From NCBI GenBank assembly GCA_965206645.1, contig CBDBKE010000004.1:1696001-1760000 (forward strand): a stretch of DNA of 64,000 nucleotides, in the 5' to 3' direction. The stretch comes from Terriglobia bacterium. GTDB lineage: Bacteria; Acidobacteriota; Terriglobia; JAJPHL01; JAPKYU01. Each line of letters begins with the position of its first letter. Position 1 is the first letter of the stretch. The position numbers and the translations under genes were made by a program. Of the stretch, positions 1-10,715 are shown in pieces. Below the pieces are notes generated by a model, which did no database searches, was not told where the DNA came from, and worked only from the letters and a program-made list of their open reading frames with translations.

Positions 1-1765
<1,765 letters not shown>

Positions 1766-1807
1766 CGTCAGGAAGAACATCGCGCCAGGAGGCCGCGCGT
1801 CCATCGT

Positions 1808-2332
1808 TTGTCCCCATCCTTCCTAGAAGCCCTGTTGCACCTGATGCAGGTTCAGCCTCGGGACCGCATCCTGGAGCTGGAGTGTGGCCAGGGAGAGCTT
1901 AGTGTTGCCCTGGCGGCGCGGGCGCCCGAGGGCATGGTGGTGGCCATGGATTCTTCACCGGATCGAGTGCGTCAGGCGCGCGTCCGGGGCGGCAATCTGG
2001 ACAACGTGATGTTCCTGCCGGGCGGCGCGGCGGAAATTCCCTGGAAACAGGATTTCTTTTCCAAAGCGCTCAGCCACGCTTTTCCCGTGGCCCGGCCCTC
2101 TGACCTTTACAATGTGCTGCGGGTGCTGACCCCAGAAGGGTTGTTTTATCTGATAGCTGAGCCGCATCCGCACTCAGACGATGTCCCTGTTGAGCCAGCT
2201 ACTATGGAGGAACTGGGGGAGGAACTGGGGGAGGAATGGGCGGAACGTTTGGAGGCGGCCGGATTTGGCGTGATCCAGGCGCACCACCTGCCGGAAAATC
2301 GCTCTCTGTTGGTGGGGAAAAAGCCGGCTTGA
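1808..2332 (+). CDS. Class I SAM-dependent methyltransferase (divergent motif I)
   Basis: QPRDRILELECGQG motif I, VVAMDSS, GGAAEIPW...F; start uncertain. Confidence 0.7.
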   Translation: MSPSFLEALLHLMQVQPRDRILELECGQGELSVALAARAPEGMVVAMDSSPDRVRQARVRGGNLDNVMFLPGGAAEIPWKQDFFSKALSHAFPVARPSDLYNVLRVLTPEGLFYLIAEPHPHSDDVPVEPATMEELGEELGEEWAERLEAAGFGVIQAHHLPENRSLLVGKKPA

Positions 2333-2342
2333 TCCTAACCCC

Positions 2343-3164
2343 TTAGTCCCTGGCGGCTGGTACTTCCGTGCCGCGGCGCTCGGCTTTGCGGCGAAGCAGA
2401 TCCAGGTCGGCCACGCGAAACAGGGCCTCGAAGTCCATTCCCTTCTGGAAGACTGCCGTTCCGGCGCTGAAGCTCAGCGGGATGTGCCCTTCGGCGGCCT
2501 GAGCATTGTGTGCGCTCAGTTGTTCTTCCACGCGGCGAATCACCACCTCCGCGCCGACGCGTGTCGTCTCAGCCAGCAGCAACACAAACTCGTCGCCCCC
2601 GTACCGGGCCGCCACGTCGGAGCCGCGCGTGGAACCCTGCAGGACCTGGGCAAAGCTGGCCAGGGCCAGATCGCCGGCGATATGCCCGAACTTGTTGTTC
2701 AGCTCGTGGAAGCGGTTCAGATCCATGACCACCAGTGCCAGCGGTTCCCCTGCGCGCTCCGCCCGATTCATGTAATGGGTGGCGGATTCCATCAGCGCAG
2801 CCCGGTTGAAGACGCCGGTGAGCCGGTCGCGAAGGGCCTGCTCGGTGCGCAGGTGGCGCTGCAGCATCTCCGCCATCATTTGGAGCTGAGCGATCTGGGC
2901 GCGCTTGGTCAGATCCTGGGCCAGCCAGGCCAGCAACAACAGCAGGGTTAGCGCGGCGAAGAACATCGCGCTGGGGATTCGGATGTACTCCAGCTGCAGT
3001 TGCCCGCGGTCCAATACTACGGAAATCAGCATGCCGAACAGAGCCACGCCCAAGGCGGTCGCCAGGCCCAGTTCTCAAGGGCCGCGACGTTCCATGCGTC
3101 GCAACCGTTGTCGTAATTCCTCGGAGAGATCGCCCTGTCCGGGCCGGAGTTGTGGTGCGGGCAC
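2343..3164 (-). CDS. Membrane-anchored GGDEF diguanylate cyclase with an in-frame TGA near the N-terminus (3075-3077); the 2343..3053 part is intact
   Basis: DRLTGVFNR, DLNRFHELNNKFGHIAGD, ARYGGDEF, two N-terminal hydrophobic helices; the frame stays protein-like upstream of the TGA to a GTG at 3164. Confidence 0.8.
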
Positions 3165-3242
3165 GACGATGAATGCTAACAAGCGGGGGTTGCGTCTGCC
3201 AAGAAAAAATGGTGCGCGCCACTAGCCTGCCGGTTACATTCC

Positions 3243-5492
3243 TCACATTCTCAGGACACGTTCGATTTCATGGACACCGCTCACGCGGCGGATAGCTCCC
3301 ACAATCCGATCCAGGTGCCTGGTGTCGACGACCTCAATCGTAACGTCAATGGTGGCCTGGCCTTCGGCCGGGTGGCCTTTCGCCCCAATATCCCGGATAT
3401 TGGTGTTATCCTCGGCGATCACCGAGGTCAGGTCCCGCACCATGCCCGGCCGGTCTTCCACGTAGATCATCAGCTTGACAGGATACGCGGCGGCGAGCTG
3501 GGCGCCGCCAGCCCATTCCACTTCGATCTGGCGCTCCCGTTCGTAGAACAGGTTGGCCACATTGGAACAGGCCTTGGAATGTACGGCAATGCCCTTGCCG
3601 TGAGTGACGTACCCTACAATCTCTTCGCCCAGGATAGGATTGCAGCACTTGGCGCGATACACCAGCAGGTCCTCGGCCCCTCGGACGACAATGGGTTCTG
3701 CTTCGGAGCGGGCTGCTGCTGGCGCTTTCCTGACAGTCGGCGGTCGGCCTATCTCTTCCGGCGACCGCTCTTGCAAGGGCTCGGGGGCCAGCCTGGCCAG
3801 TACCTGGCGGGCTGAGTATTTGCCAAAGCCGATTGCGGCCACCAGATCGTCCGCCTTGTTGTAGCCATACTCCTGTGCGACCTTCTGGTAGGTCTCCTCA
3901 ATGACCTTCTTGAGGCTTACCTCGTACTTGCGGGATTCTTTTTCTAGCAGGCGCTTGCCGATTTCGATGGCCCGCGCGCGCTGGACGATGTTCAACCAGT
4001 GGCGGATCTTGTTGCGGGCCTTGGAAGTTTTGACAAAGCTCAGCCAGTCGCGGCTGGGAGTGCGCCCCTGTTGGGTGAGAATTTCTACAATATCACCGTT
4101 GTGCAATTTGTAGCGGAGCGGGACGATGCGCCCGTTGACCTTAGCTCCGATGCAGGAGTGGCCGACCTCGGTGTGGATCGTGTAGGCGAAATCCAGCGGG
4201 GTCGCCTCGCGGGGCAGAGTGACCACCTTGCCGCGCGGTGTAAAGGTGTAAACCTCTTCCGGGTACAGGTCAATTTTCAGCGTAGAGAGAAATTCTCTGG
4301 GATCCTGCATCTCGCGAGCCCACTCCACCAACTGGCGGAGCCAGGCGACGCGCTGGTCTTCGCTCCCGTCGCCGCGCGCCGTCTGGGTGTCCTTGCCGGG
4401 GGAGACTTTTCCCTCCTTGTATTTCCAGTGGGCGGCAATCCCCAGTTCGGCGCCCCGGTGCATCTCGTGGGTGCGGATCTGCACCTCGAAGGTCTGGCCG
4501 GTTTCCGTGATTACCGAGGTGTGTAGTGATTGGTACAGGTTCTGCCGAGGCATGGCAATGAAGTCCTTGATTCGCCCCGGCACCGGCCGCCACAGGTTGT
4601 GGATGACGCCGAGCGCGCCGTAACAGTCCTTGACCGATTCGGTGAGGAGACGCACGGCCGTCAGGTCATACACCTGATCCAGGCTGATGCGCTGCCGACG
4701 CAGTTTTTGATGGATGCTGTAAATCCGCTTGATGCGCCCTTCCACCACCGCCGGAATGCCGTGCTCCTTCATCTTGCCTTCCAGGGTGACGGTCACTTGA
4801 TGGAGAAAGGCTTCATTGACGCGACGCTTGGAATCCAGTGATTGCCGGATTTCCTGAGAGGCCGCCGGTTCCAGATAACTGAAGGCCAGGTCCTCCAGTT
4901 CGCCGCGCACCTTGCTCATTCCCAGGCGGTGCGCCAGCGGGGAATAAATCTCCATGGTTTCGCGGGCAATGGCCTGCTGGCGGTCCGGGGGGAGGTACTG
5001 CAAGGTTCGCATATTGTGCAGCCTGTCGGCCAATTTGATCAGGATCACCCGGATGTCATCCACCATGGCCAGCAGCATCTTGCGCATGTTTTCGGCTTGT
5101 TGCGCCTCGGCAGTGAAGAACTCCAGCCGGCTGATCTTCGTCAGTCCCTCCACCAAGTGGGTGACTTCCGGGCCAAACTGCCCGCTCAGCTCCCCCGGGG
5201 TCACGTCGGTGTCCTCCAGGATGTCGTGCAGCAGTCCGGTGGCGACGCAGACCACGTCCAGTTTCATCTCTGCAAGCAGGTACGCGACTTCCAGTGGATG
5301 GGATAGGTAGGGCTCTCCCGACATCCGCACCTGGCGCATGTGGTGCTGCGCCGAAAAGTCATAAGCGCGCCGCAGCGGGTCCAGATCGTCCTGGGGACGG
5401 TTTTGCTGGACCAGCTTCCGCAGCTCCTCGAAGCGCGCCAACGGCGAAACGTTTTCCGGGAGTGTTTGCGAAGATTTGGCCGGGCTTTCCAT
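3243..5492 (-). CDS. relA: Bifunctional (p)ppGpp synthetase/hydrolase (long RSH)
   Basis: HD domain (GEPYLSHP, LLHDILED), KLADRLHNMRTL, YQSLHT, EVQIRT, TGS domain, KCCNP, C-terminal ACT domain. Confidence 0.96.
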   Translation of the reverse strand: MESPAKSSQTLPENVSPLARFEELRKLVQQNRPQDDLDPLRRAYDFSAQHHMRQVRMSGEPYLSHPLEVAYLLAEMKLDVVCVATGLLHDILEDTDVTPGELSGQFGPEVTHLVEGLTKISRLEFFTAEAQQAENMRKMLLAMVDDIRVILIKLADRLHNMRTLQYLPPDRQQAIARETMEIYSPLAHRLGMSKVRGELEDLAFSYLEPAASQEIRQSLDSKRRVNEAFLHQVTVTLEGKMKEHGIPAVVEGRIKRIYSIHQKLRRQRISLDQVYDLTAVRLLTESVKDCYGALGVIHNLWRPVPGRIKDFIAMPRQNLYQSLHTSVITETGQTFEVQIRTHEMHRGAELGIAAHWKYKEGKVSPGKDTQTARGDGSEDQRVAWLRQLVEWAREMQDPREFLSTLKIDLYPEEVYTFTPRGKVVTLPREATPLDFAYTIHTEVGHSCIGAKVNGRIVPLRYKLHNGDIVEILTQQGRTPSRDWLSFVKTSKARNKIRHWLNIVQRARAIEIGKRLLEKESRKYEVSLKKVIEETYQKVAQEYGYNKADDLVAAIGFGKYSARQVLARLAPEPLQERSPEEIGRPPTVRKAPAAARSEAEPIVVRGAEDLLVYRAKCCNPILGEEIVGYVTHGKGIAVHSKACSNVANLFYERERQIEVEWAGGAQLAAAYPVKLMIYVEDRPGMVRDLTSVIAEDNTNIRDIGAKGHPAEGQATIDVTIEVVDTRHLDRIVGAIRRVSGVHEIERVLRM

Positions 5493-5593
5493 TTAAAGTG
5501 GCGCAGCTCCGAACCACTACAGAGAAAGAAGAAAAAAATAGCCTTGCTCGCGGGAACCCCGATGCAAGGCTAATTATAGAAGAAACAGCGTGC

Positions 5594-6379
5594 TTATTGT
5601 CCCGTGGTGGTCTTCGCGGCTCTCTGTTTCTTGACTTCCAGCGTCTTCTGGATCCACTCGTCAGCCTTCTTCAGGTCTTCCGTGCGGGCTTCCTCAGAAG
5701 CCTGGCAGTCGGCCTGTTCGCGGTACGTCAGGTTGATGTAGGCCATGGCGTCGTCATAGTCGGGGCGTAGCTCGACGGCCTTGTTCAACATGGTGAAGGC
5801 TTCCTCGATGAGCGGCATGTTGTTTTCGCACAGGTCCTCGCGGACCTCGCGGTCCTTGATGGGCTCGTCGGGCCCAATTCCCAACGCCGCCTTCACTTCC
5901 ATGCGAGGCTGGTAGGTCTGGGTCCAATTAATCACGCCTACCGAGTAGTAGGGTTGCGGGTCGGAAGGATTAATCTGGATTTGCTTCTGATACCACTCTT
6001 TGGCTTTCTCCATCCTCTTCATGTTGAGATAGATGTTGGCAATTCCGGCCACGCTGTTGACGTTCTGGGGGTCGACCTCCAGCACCCTCTGGTATTCGAC
6101 GATCGCCTGCTCGCCGTTCCGCGTGTTCTCTTCCGAGTCCACCCCAGGCATGAATTGGTTGGCGTAAGCGGTCGCCAGATAGATCCGCGCATTGAGCAGA
6201 CCCGGGTCCAGCTCGGTCGCCCGTTTGAAATGCTCGATGGCTTCTTGGTACCGCGCGCTCCTGTAGGACCGGACACCCTTGTTGAGCTGGTCGCGCGCCT
6301 TGAGCTGCTGACAACCACTGGCCACCAGCGCCGCCAACAGGACCGCAGCCAACGCGCTGAGTTTGGTAGGATGGCGCAT
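5594..6379 (-). CDS. Tetratricopeptide-repeat lipoprotein linked to the TonB/ExbBD cluster
   Basis: Lipobox-like LVASGC followed by TPR motifs (YQEAIEHFKRATELDP, EQAIVEYQRVLEVDP, KAVELRPDY). Confidence 0.85.
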   Translation of the reverse strand: MRHPTKLSALAAVLLAALVASGCQQLKARDQLNKGVRSYRSARYQEAIEHFKRATELDPGLLNARIYLATAYANQFMPGVDSEENTRNGEQAIVEYQRVLEVDPQNVNSVAGIANIYLNMKRMEKAKEWYQKQIQINPSDPQPYYSVGVINWTQTYQPRMEVKAALGIGPDEPIKDREVREDLCENNMPLIEEAFTMLNKAVELRPDYDDAMAYINLTYREQADCQASEEARTEDLKKADEWIQKTLEVKKQRAAKTTTGQ

Positions 6380-6452
6380 CTTTCCTCCCTTTCTACCTTC
6401 TCCCGGGTCGGAGACCTCCGCCCCAGGAATGTTTCCTGCCGTCCGTCACTCG

Positions 6453-6881
6453 CTATTCGCCTGCCTCGATCTTCGCCGTGATCAGACCAACCTTGTCAAT
6501 GCCAGTGCCTGTGGCAATGTCAATGACACGAGCGACCTCGAGCCACTCCAGGCTGGGATGGCCCTTGACGAACGCCACGCGCTCGGCCCGGGTCTTGAAG
6601 ATGCCTTCCAGGCGCGGCCCTAGAGTCCTCTCGCTGACCACCTCCTGATTGATCCTCAACTGCTTGTTCGCATCGATCTGGATCACAATGGTACGCGATA
6701 TCTGGTCGGGTGGCGGAGCTGTGGGATTCGGGTTAGGTTGGGGCACCAGCGCGTCCAGCCCCTTGGGCGTCAGCGGGGTGATTACCATGAAGATGATAAT
6801 CAGCACCAGCAGAACGTCAATCAACGGTGTGATGTTGATGTCGGACAAGTTTCCTTTTCCTTCGCCTACCGCCATTGCCAT
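6453..6881 (-). CDS. exbD: ExbD/TolR family biopolymer transport protein
   Basis: SDINITPLIDVLLVLIIIFMV TM motif with conserved Asp; ATG at 6881 after GGAGG. Confidence 0.9.
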   Translation of the reverse strand: MAMAVGEGKGNLSDINITPLIDVLLVLIIIFMVITPLTPKGLDALVPQPNPNPTAPPPDQISRTIVIQIDANKQLRINQEVVSERTLGPRLEGIFKTRAERVAFVKGHPSLEWLEVARVIDIATGTGIDKVGLITAKIEAGE

Positions 6882-6965
6882 AACGATTCTTCCTCCTCTA
6901 GCTTGAAAATCCGGGCTGGCCCCCTTGCTGGCTAGAGCAAGGGGCAAATCCTCGAGCGACGGCGA

Positions 6966-7412
6966 CTAGCCGCCGCTAGGAATCGTATCTTCAATCTTTT
7001 CCGTGAGCATACCCAGTTTGTCGACCCCGGCTGACCGGACATTGTCCACTACGTCCACGACGTCCTTATACTTGGCGCGGGCGTCGCTCTTGATGTAGAC
7101 CGTTTTGTCCAAACGATTCGAAACCAGGTCCTTCACCGTGGGGGTCAAGGTCTCGACCCGAATCTTGCTCGCTCCCGTGGGGTGCTGCAGAAAGATGTTG
7201 CCGTCCCGGGTGATGGCCACCACGATCGCATCGTCCCTGTCAGCATCCTTCATCGCATGCGGGTTTTTGGTCCTAGCCAGGTCCACGCTGACGCCTTTTT
7301 GCAGCATCGGCGTAATCACCATGAAAATAATCAGAAGCACCAACATCACATCCGCCATCGGGGTGACGTTGATGTTCGAATTCATCGCATTCATGCGTTT
7401 GGTCAGTGCCAT
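6966..7412 (-). CDS. exbD: ExbD/TolR family biopolymer transport protein
   Basis: SNINVTPMADVMLVLLIIFMV; IKSDARAKYKDVVDVVD. Confidence 0.9.
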   Translation of the reverse strand: MALTKRMNAMNSNINVTPMADVMLVLLIIFMVITPMLQKGVSVDLARTKNPHAMKDADRDDAIVVAITRDGNIFLQHPTGASKIRVETLTPTVKDLVSNRLDKTVYIKSDARAKYKDVVDVVDNVRSAGVDKLGMLTEKIEDTIPSGG

Positions 7413-7480
7413 GACACTGTCTCCTTGGTCCCGCGTCGGGTTCCGTCGCGCTTTTGCAGCACGCCGCCGCAGGCCGGCTA

Positions 7481-8215
7481 CTACTTCCGGGCGCGGGCTT
7501 GCGAACGCTTCAGGAAGTAATCAATCAATTCACTGGAGCTGTTGTCCATTTCCACGTCGAAGCCATCTACTCTGGTGGTGAAGTAGTTGTACATCCACAC
7601 GGCCGGGATGGCTACGAACAAGCCGAGCGCGGTGAGCACCAGGGCCTCGGCAATTCCACCCGCCACCGCCGCCAGGCCGGTGGACTTTTCAGCGGAAATT
7701 CCGCGAAACGCGTTAATGATGCCCACCACGGTGCCGAGGAGCCCCACGAAGGGGGCGGTCGACCCGATCGTAGCCAGGCCACTCAGGCCGCGTTTCAATT
7801 CGGCGTGAACAATGGCCCCGGCGCGGTCCAGTGCCCGCTTGGAAGCCTCGATCTCTTCGCCTGGGATTTCCGCACTTAGCTGGTGCGCCTGAAATTCCTG
7901 CAGACCGGCAGTGACCACCTTGGCCAGGTGACTCTTTTTGTGGCGCTCGGCGATGTGGATGGCTTCGTCAATCTTGCCTTCCCGCAAGGCCCCGGCCACG
8001 GCCGGTGCGAACTGGCGGGACTGTTTTCGGGCTGCGGAAAAAGCGATCCATCGGTCAATCATCACGCCAATGGACCAAGCGGACATTACGAACAGCCCGA
8101 ACCCGATCCCCCGGGCGCCCCAGCCCATCTGTTTCCACATCGACATGAGGTCCCATCCGATGGTGGCTTCCTGAAACAGCCACAGGGCCAACGAACTTAA
8201 ATGAACGGTTAGCAT
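7481..8215 (-). CDS. exbB: MotA/TolQ/ExbB proton channel protein
   Basis: LATIGSTAPFVGLLGTVVGIINAF and GIAEALVLTALGLFVAIPA. Confidence 0.92.
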   Translation of the reverse strand: MLTVHLSSLALWLFQEATIGWDLMSMWKQMGWGARGIGFGLFVMSAWSIGVMIDRWIAFSAARKQSRQFAPAVAGALREGKIDEAIHIAERHKKSHLAKVVTAGLQEFQAHQLSAEIPGEEIEASKRALDRAGAIVHAELKRGLSGLATIGSTAPFVGLLGTVVGIINAFRGISAEKSTGLAAVAGGIAEALVLTALGLFVAIPAVWMYNYFTTRVDGFDVEMDNSSSELIDYFLKRSQARARK

Positions 8216-8324
8216 TGTTTCTCTATCTCCCTTTCAGGTATTGAGCGCGATGTTCAAAATACGGACCGGAAACTGGGCCGCGGGCGGTTACATCGCCAAC
8301 CGCCTCCGCCGGCGGCCAAACCTG

Positions 8325-8564
8325 CCATTACATCAGGCCACTACATCAGGCCACTACATCAGGCCACTACATCAGGCCACTACATCAGGCCACTACATCA
8401 GGCCACTACATCAGGCCACTACATCAGCCATTACATCAGGCCACTACATCAGGCCACTACATCAGGCCACTACATCAGGCCACTACATCAGGCCACTACA
8501 TCAGGCCACTACATCACTACATCAGGCCACTACATCAGGCCACTACATCAGGCCACTACATCAG
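8325..8564. repeat. Tandem array of about 19 copies of 13-bp CCACTACATCAGG
   Basis: Directly visible; variant CCATTACATCAGG at 8325 and 8428, shortened units near 8416 and 8506. Confidence 0.98.
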
Positions 8565-8577
8565 AGAGAAGTGCACA

Positions 8578-9327
8578 TTAATTCAGAGTGAATATCACAT
8601 CAATGGTGGTGGCAACTTCCACCGGTTGGCCATTCAAAACGGTCGGGTGGTAGCGCCACTGCCGCACGGCATCGAGTGCCGACTGAACCAGCAGGGGGTG
8701 GCCTTTGACCACCCGCAGCTGCTGGATGGTGCCGTCCTTGGCGATGACCGCCTCCAGTTGCACGGTCCCCTGGATACGCGCCTGCTTGGCCAAAGGCGGA
8801 TAGAGTGGGCTAGGCTGGTTGAGCAACCGGGCTTTCTGCACACTTCCGCCCACGCGAATGCGCTTCGGGGTTACTGGCCTGGGTGGGGGGGGAGGCGGCG
8901 CCACGAGGGGCGTGGAGCTAATGATACCGCCGATGACCCCGCCCGGCGTGCCACCAGGGATACCGCCAGGGACACCTCCAACGACGCCAGCCACGGCGGC
9001 CGAGGGAGGAGGCAGCTCCTCTTCCTTGATGATCGCAATTTCCTCGGGAATCTCCTTGGGAGCGAGCAGGCGTCCGGCATCAAATTCCTTCGGAATCACC
9101 TTCCTCACAATCTCTGCGATGTCAACAGCAGGCGGTGGTGGGGGTGGGGGTGGGGGCGCCACCAGAAACGTCATCAGTTCCCCACCGGGCAGAGCCTCCG
9201 TGTAAATCAACGGGATCAGGATCAGAATCCCGACGAGAAAGCACTGGCAGATCACGGAGAACAGCACGGTGTAAGGCTTCTTGGTCTTGCCCATCTCCGC
9301 CATCTCCAACAAACTTTGCTCAAACAT
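8578..9327 (-). CDS. tonB: Energy transducer TonB family protein
   Basis: N-terminal TM, poly-Pro and GGVPGG linker, TonB C-terminal domain (PLYPPLAKQARIQGTV...AVRQWRYHP). Confidence 0.92.
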   Translation of the reverse strand: MFEQSLLEMAEMGKTKKPYTVLFSVICQCFLVGILILIPLIYTEALPGGELMTFLVAPPPPPPPPPAVDIAEIVRKVIPKEFDAGRLLAPKEIPEEIAIIKEEELPPPSAAVAGVVGGVPGGIPGGTPGGVIGGIISSTPLVAPPPPPPRPVTPKRIRVGGSVQKARLLNQPSPLYPPLAKQARIQGTVQLEAVIAKDGTIQQLRVVKGHPLLVQSALDAVRQWRYHPTVLNGQPVEVATTIDVIFTLN

Positions 9328-9362
9328 GTCTTACACCCCCCGGTTTCGTGTCGCGACGAAAC

Positions 9363-10562
9363 CTATGCTCTAACGCCCGCGCTCACTCTGGGTTTTGCGC
9401 GGGTCCGAGCCTTCTCCAAAGTAACCACTCTGCCGCGGCCGCCGCGGGTCTCGTACCATTGCTGCCAGACCACCACGATCGGCGTGGCAATGCCGATAGA
9501 AGAGTAGGTCCCAACTAAGACACCTATGACCAGCACGAACGCGAAGCCATGCAACACGGCCCCGCCGAACAAGAACAAGGAAAGCACTGTAATAAAAGTT
9601 AAACCGGAGGTCAAGATGGTCCGGCTTAGGGTTTGGTTGATGCTCCGGTTGACGATTTGAGCAAGCCCCTCGCGCCGCATCAGCTTCAGGTTTTCCCGGA
9701 TCCGGTCAAAAGCCACGATCGAATCGTTCACGGAGAAGCCAACCAGGGTCAATAGCGCCGCCACCACCGTCAGGCTGACCTCGATGTTGAACAACGAGAG
9801 GCACCCGATGGTAATAATGACATCGTGCAATGTAGCGATAACTGCTGCTACTCCATACACAAACTCAAATCGAAAAGCAATATAAATCAGCATGCCTGTC
9901 AGCGCGTACAGGGTGGCGTACAGGGCCTGACGGCTAAGCGTGGCGCCTACCTTGGGGCCGACAAACTCGGCGTTGCGGACGGCATAGGGAGCAAAGAGGA
10001 ACTCGCGGGTCATGGTCTGCTCCAACTGGGGCGTCAGGCCGGGCAGGCCGCGCAAATCGGAGACACCAGCGAGCAATCCGGACTTTTCTGTCCGGCGGTC
10101 GAGGATGCCATCCGCAAGGCTGGCCGCCTCTTGATCCCCCAGTCCCAACGCTACCAAACGGTTGAGCAGAGTATCCCGTCCGATGTTATTCAGGTCGGCC
10201 TTCTGTCCCTGATCGCCCGCGAAGGTCTCGCGCAAGGTCTCCAGTACGGTTGCGCGCATCGCTTCCAGGGTCATGCCCGTGCCCGAACTTAGCTTGACCT
10301 CGTTCTCCCGCACCGGGCCATAGCGTTGGATTTCGCTCTTTCCTAGGCCTTTTGTTTTCAAGGCGTTGCGGAGCTGGTCCAGGGATGGGGGCTGCTGGAA
10401 CTTCACGTACACCAAGGTGCCCCCGCGGAAGTCGACGCCGTACTCCGGGCCGCCCTTTACTAGCAAGGAGCTAAGGCCGACCAGGCATAGCAGCAGCGAC
10501 ACGGCAACAAAAGCCCACTTCCGGCCAAGGAAGTTATAGTTGACGTTCCGAAGAAGCTCCAT
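9363..10562 (-). CDS. secF: Protein translocase subunit SecF
   Basis: GVDFRGGT, VGPKVG, HDVII, GFSVNDSIVAFDRIREN, TLSRTILTS; downstream of secD. Confidence 0.96.
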   Translation of the reverse strand: MELLRNVNYNFLGRKWAFVAVSLLLCLVGLSSLLVKGGPEYGVDFRGGTLVYVKFQQPPSLDQLRNALKTKGLGKSEIQRYGPVRENEVKLSSGTGMTLEAMRATVLETLRETFAGDQGQKADLNNIGRDTLLNRLVALGLGDQEAASLADGILDRRTEKSGLLAGVSDLRGLPGLTPQLEQTMTREFLFAPYAVRNAEFVGPKVGATLSRQALYATLYALTGMLIYIAFRFEFVYGVAAVIATLHDVIITIGCLSLFNIEVSLTVVAALLTLVGFSVNDSIVAFDRIRENLKLMRREGLAQIVNRSINQTLSRTILTSGLTFITVLSLFLFGGAVLHGFAFVLVIGVLVGTYSSIGIATPIVVVWQQWYETRGGRGRVVTLEKARTRAKPRVSAGVRA

Positions 10563-10715
10563 CTACGTCCAGGATCCTTTACCCAGATCCCCCAGCTCAC
10601 CCTCCCAACACACGCTCCCTACACTTAGTCTAGACACCAGCGGTCCTGATTATGTTCCCAAACCCGCGGCTTTGTCCAGGAGCAGGTTCTTCCACAAAGC
10701 TACTTTAGATACTGC

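Noticed and set aside
3036-3077. Selenocysteine at the GGDEF in-frame TGA
   Set aside because: No Cys or redox context, and the downstream hairpin loop (TTG) lacks the leading G; a Trp nonsense change is simpler
8325-8564. CRISPR array, or the 8241..8591 ORF spanning the repeat
   Set aside because: Units are 13 bp and contiguous with no spacers and no cas genes; the ORF is just the translated repeat on the strand opposite the operon
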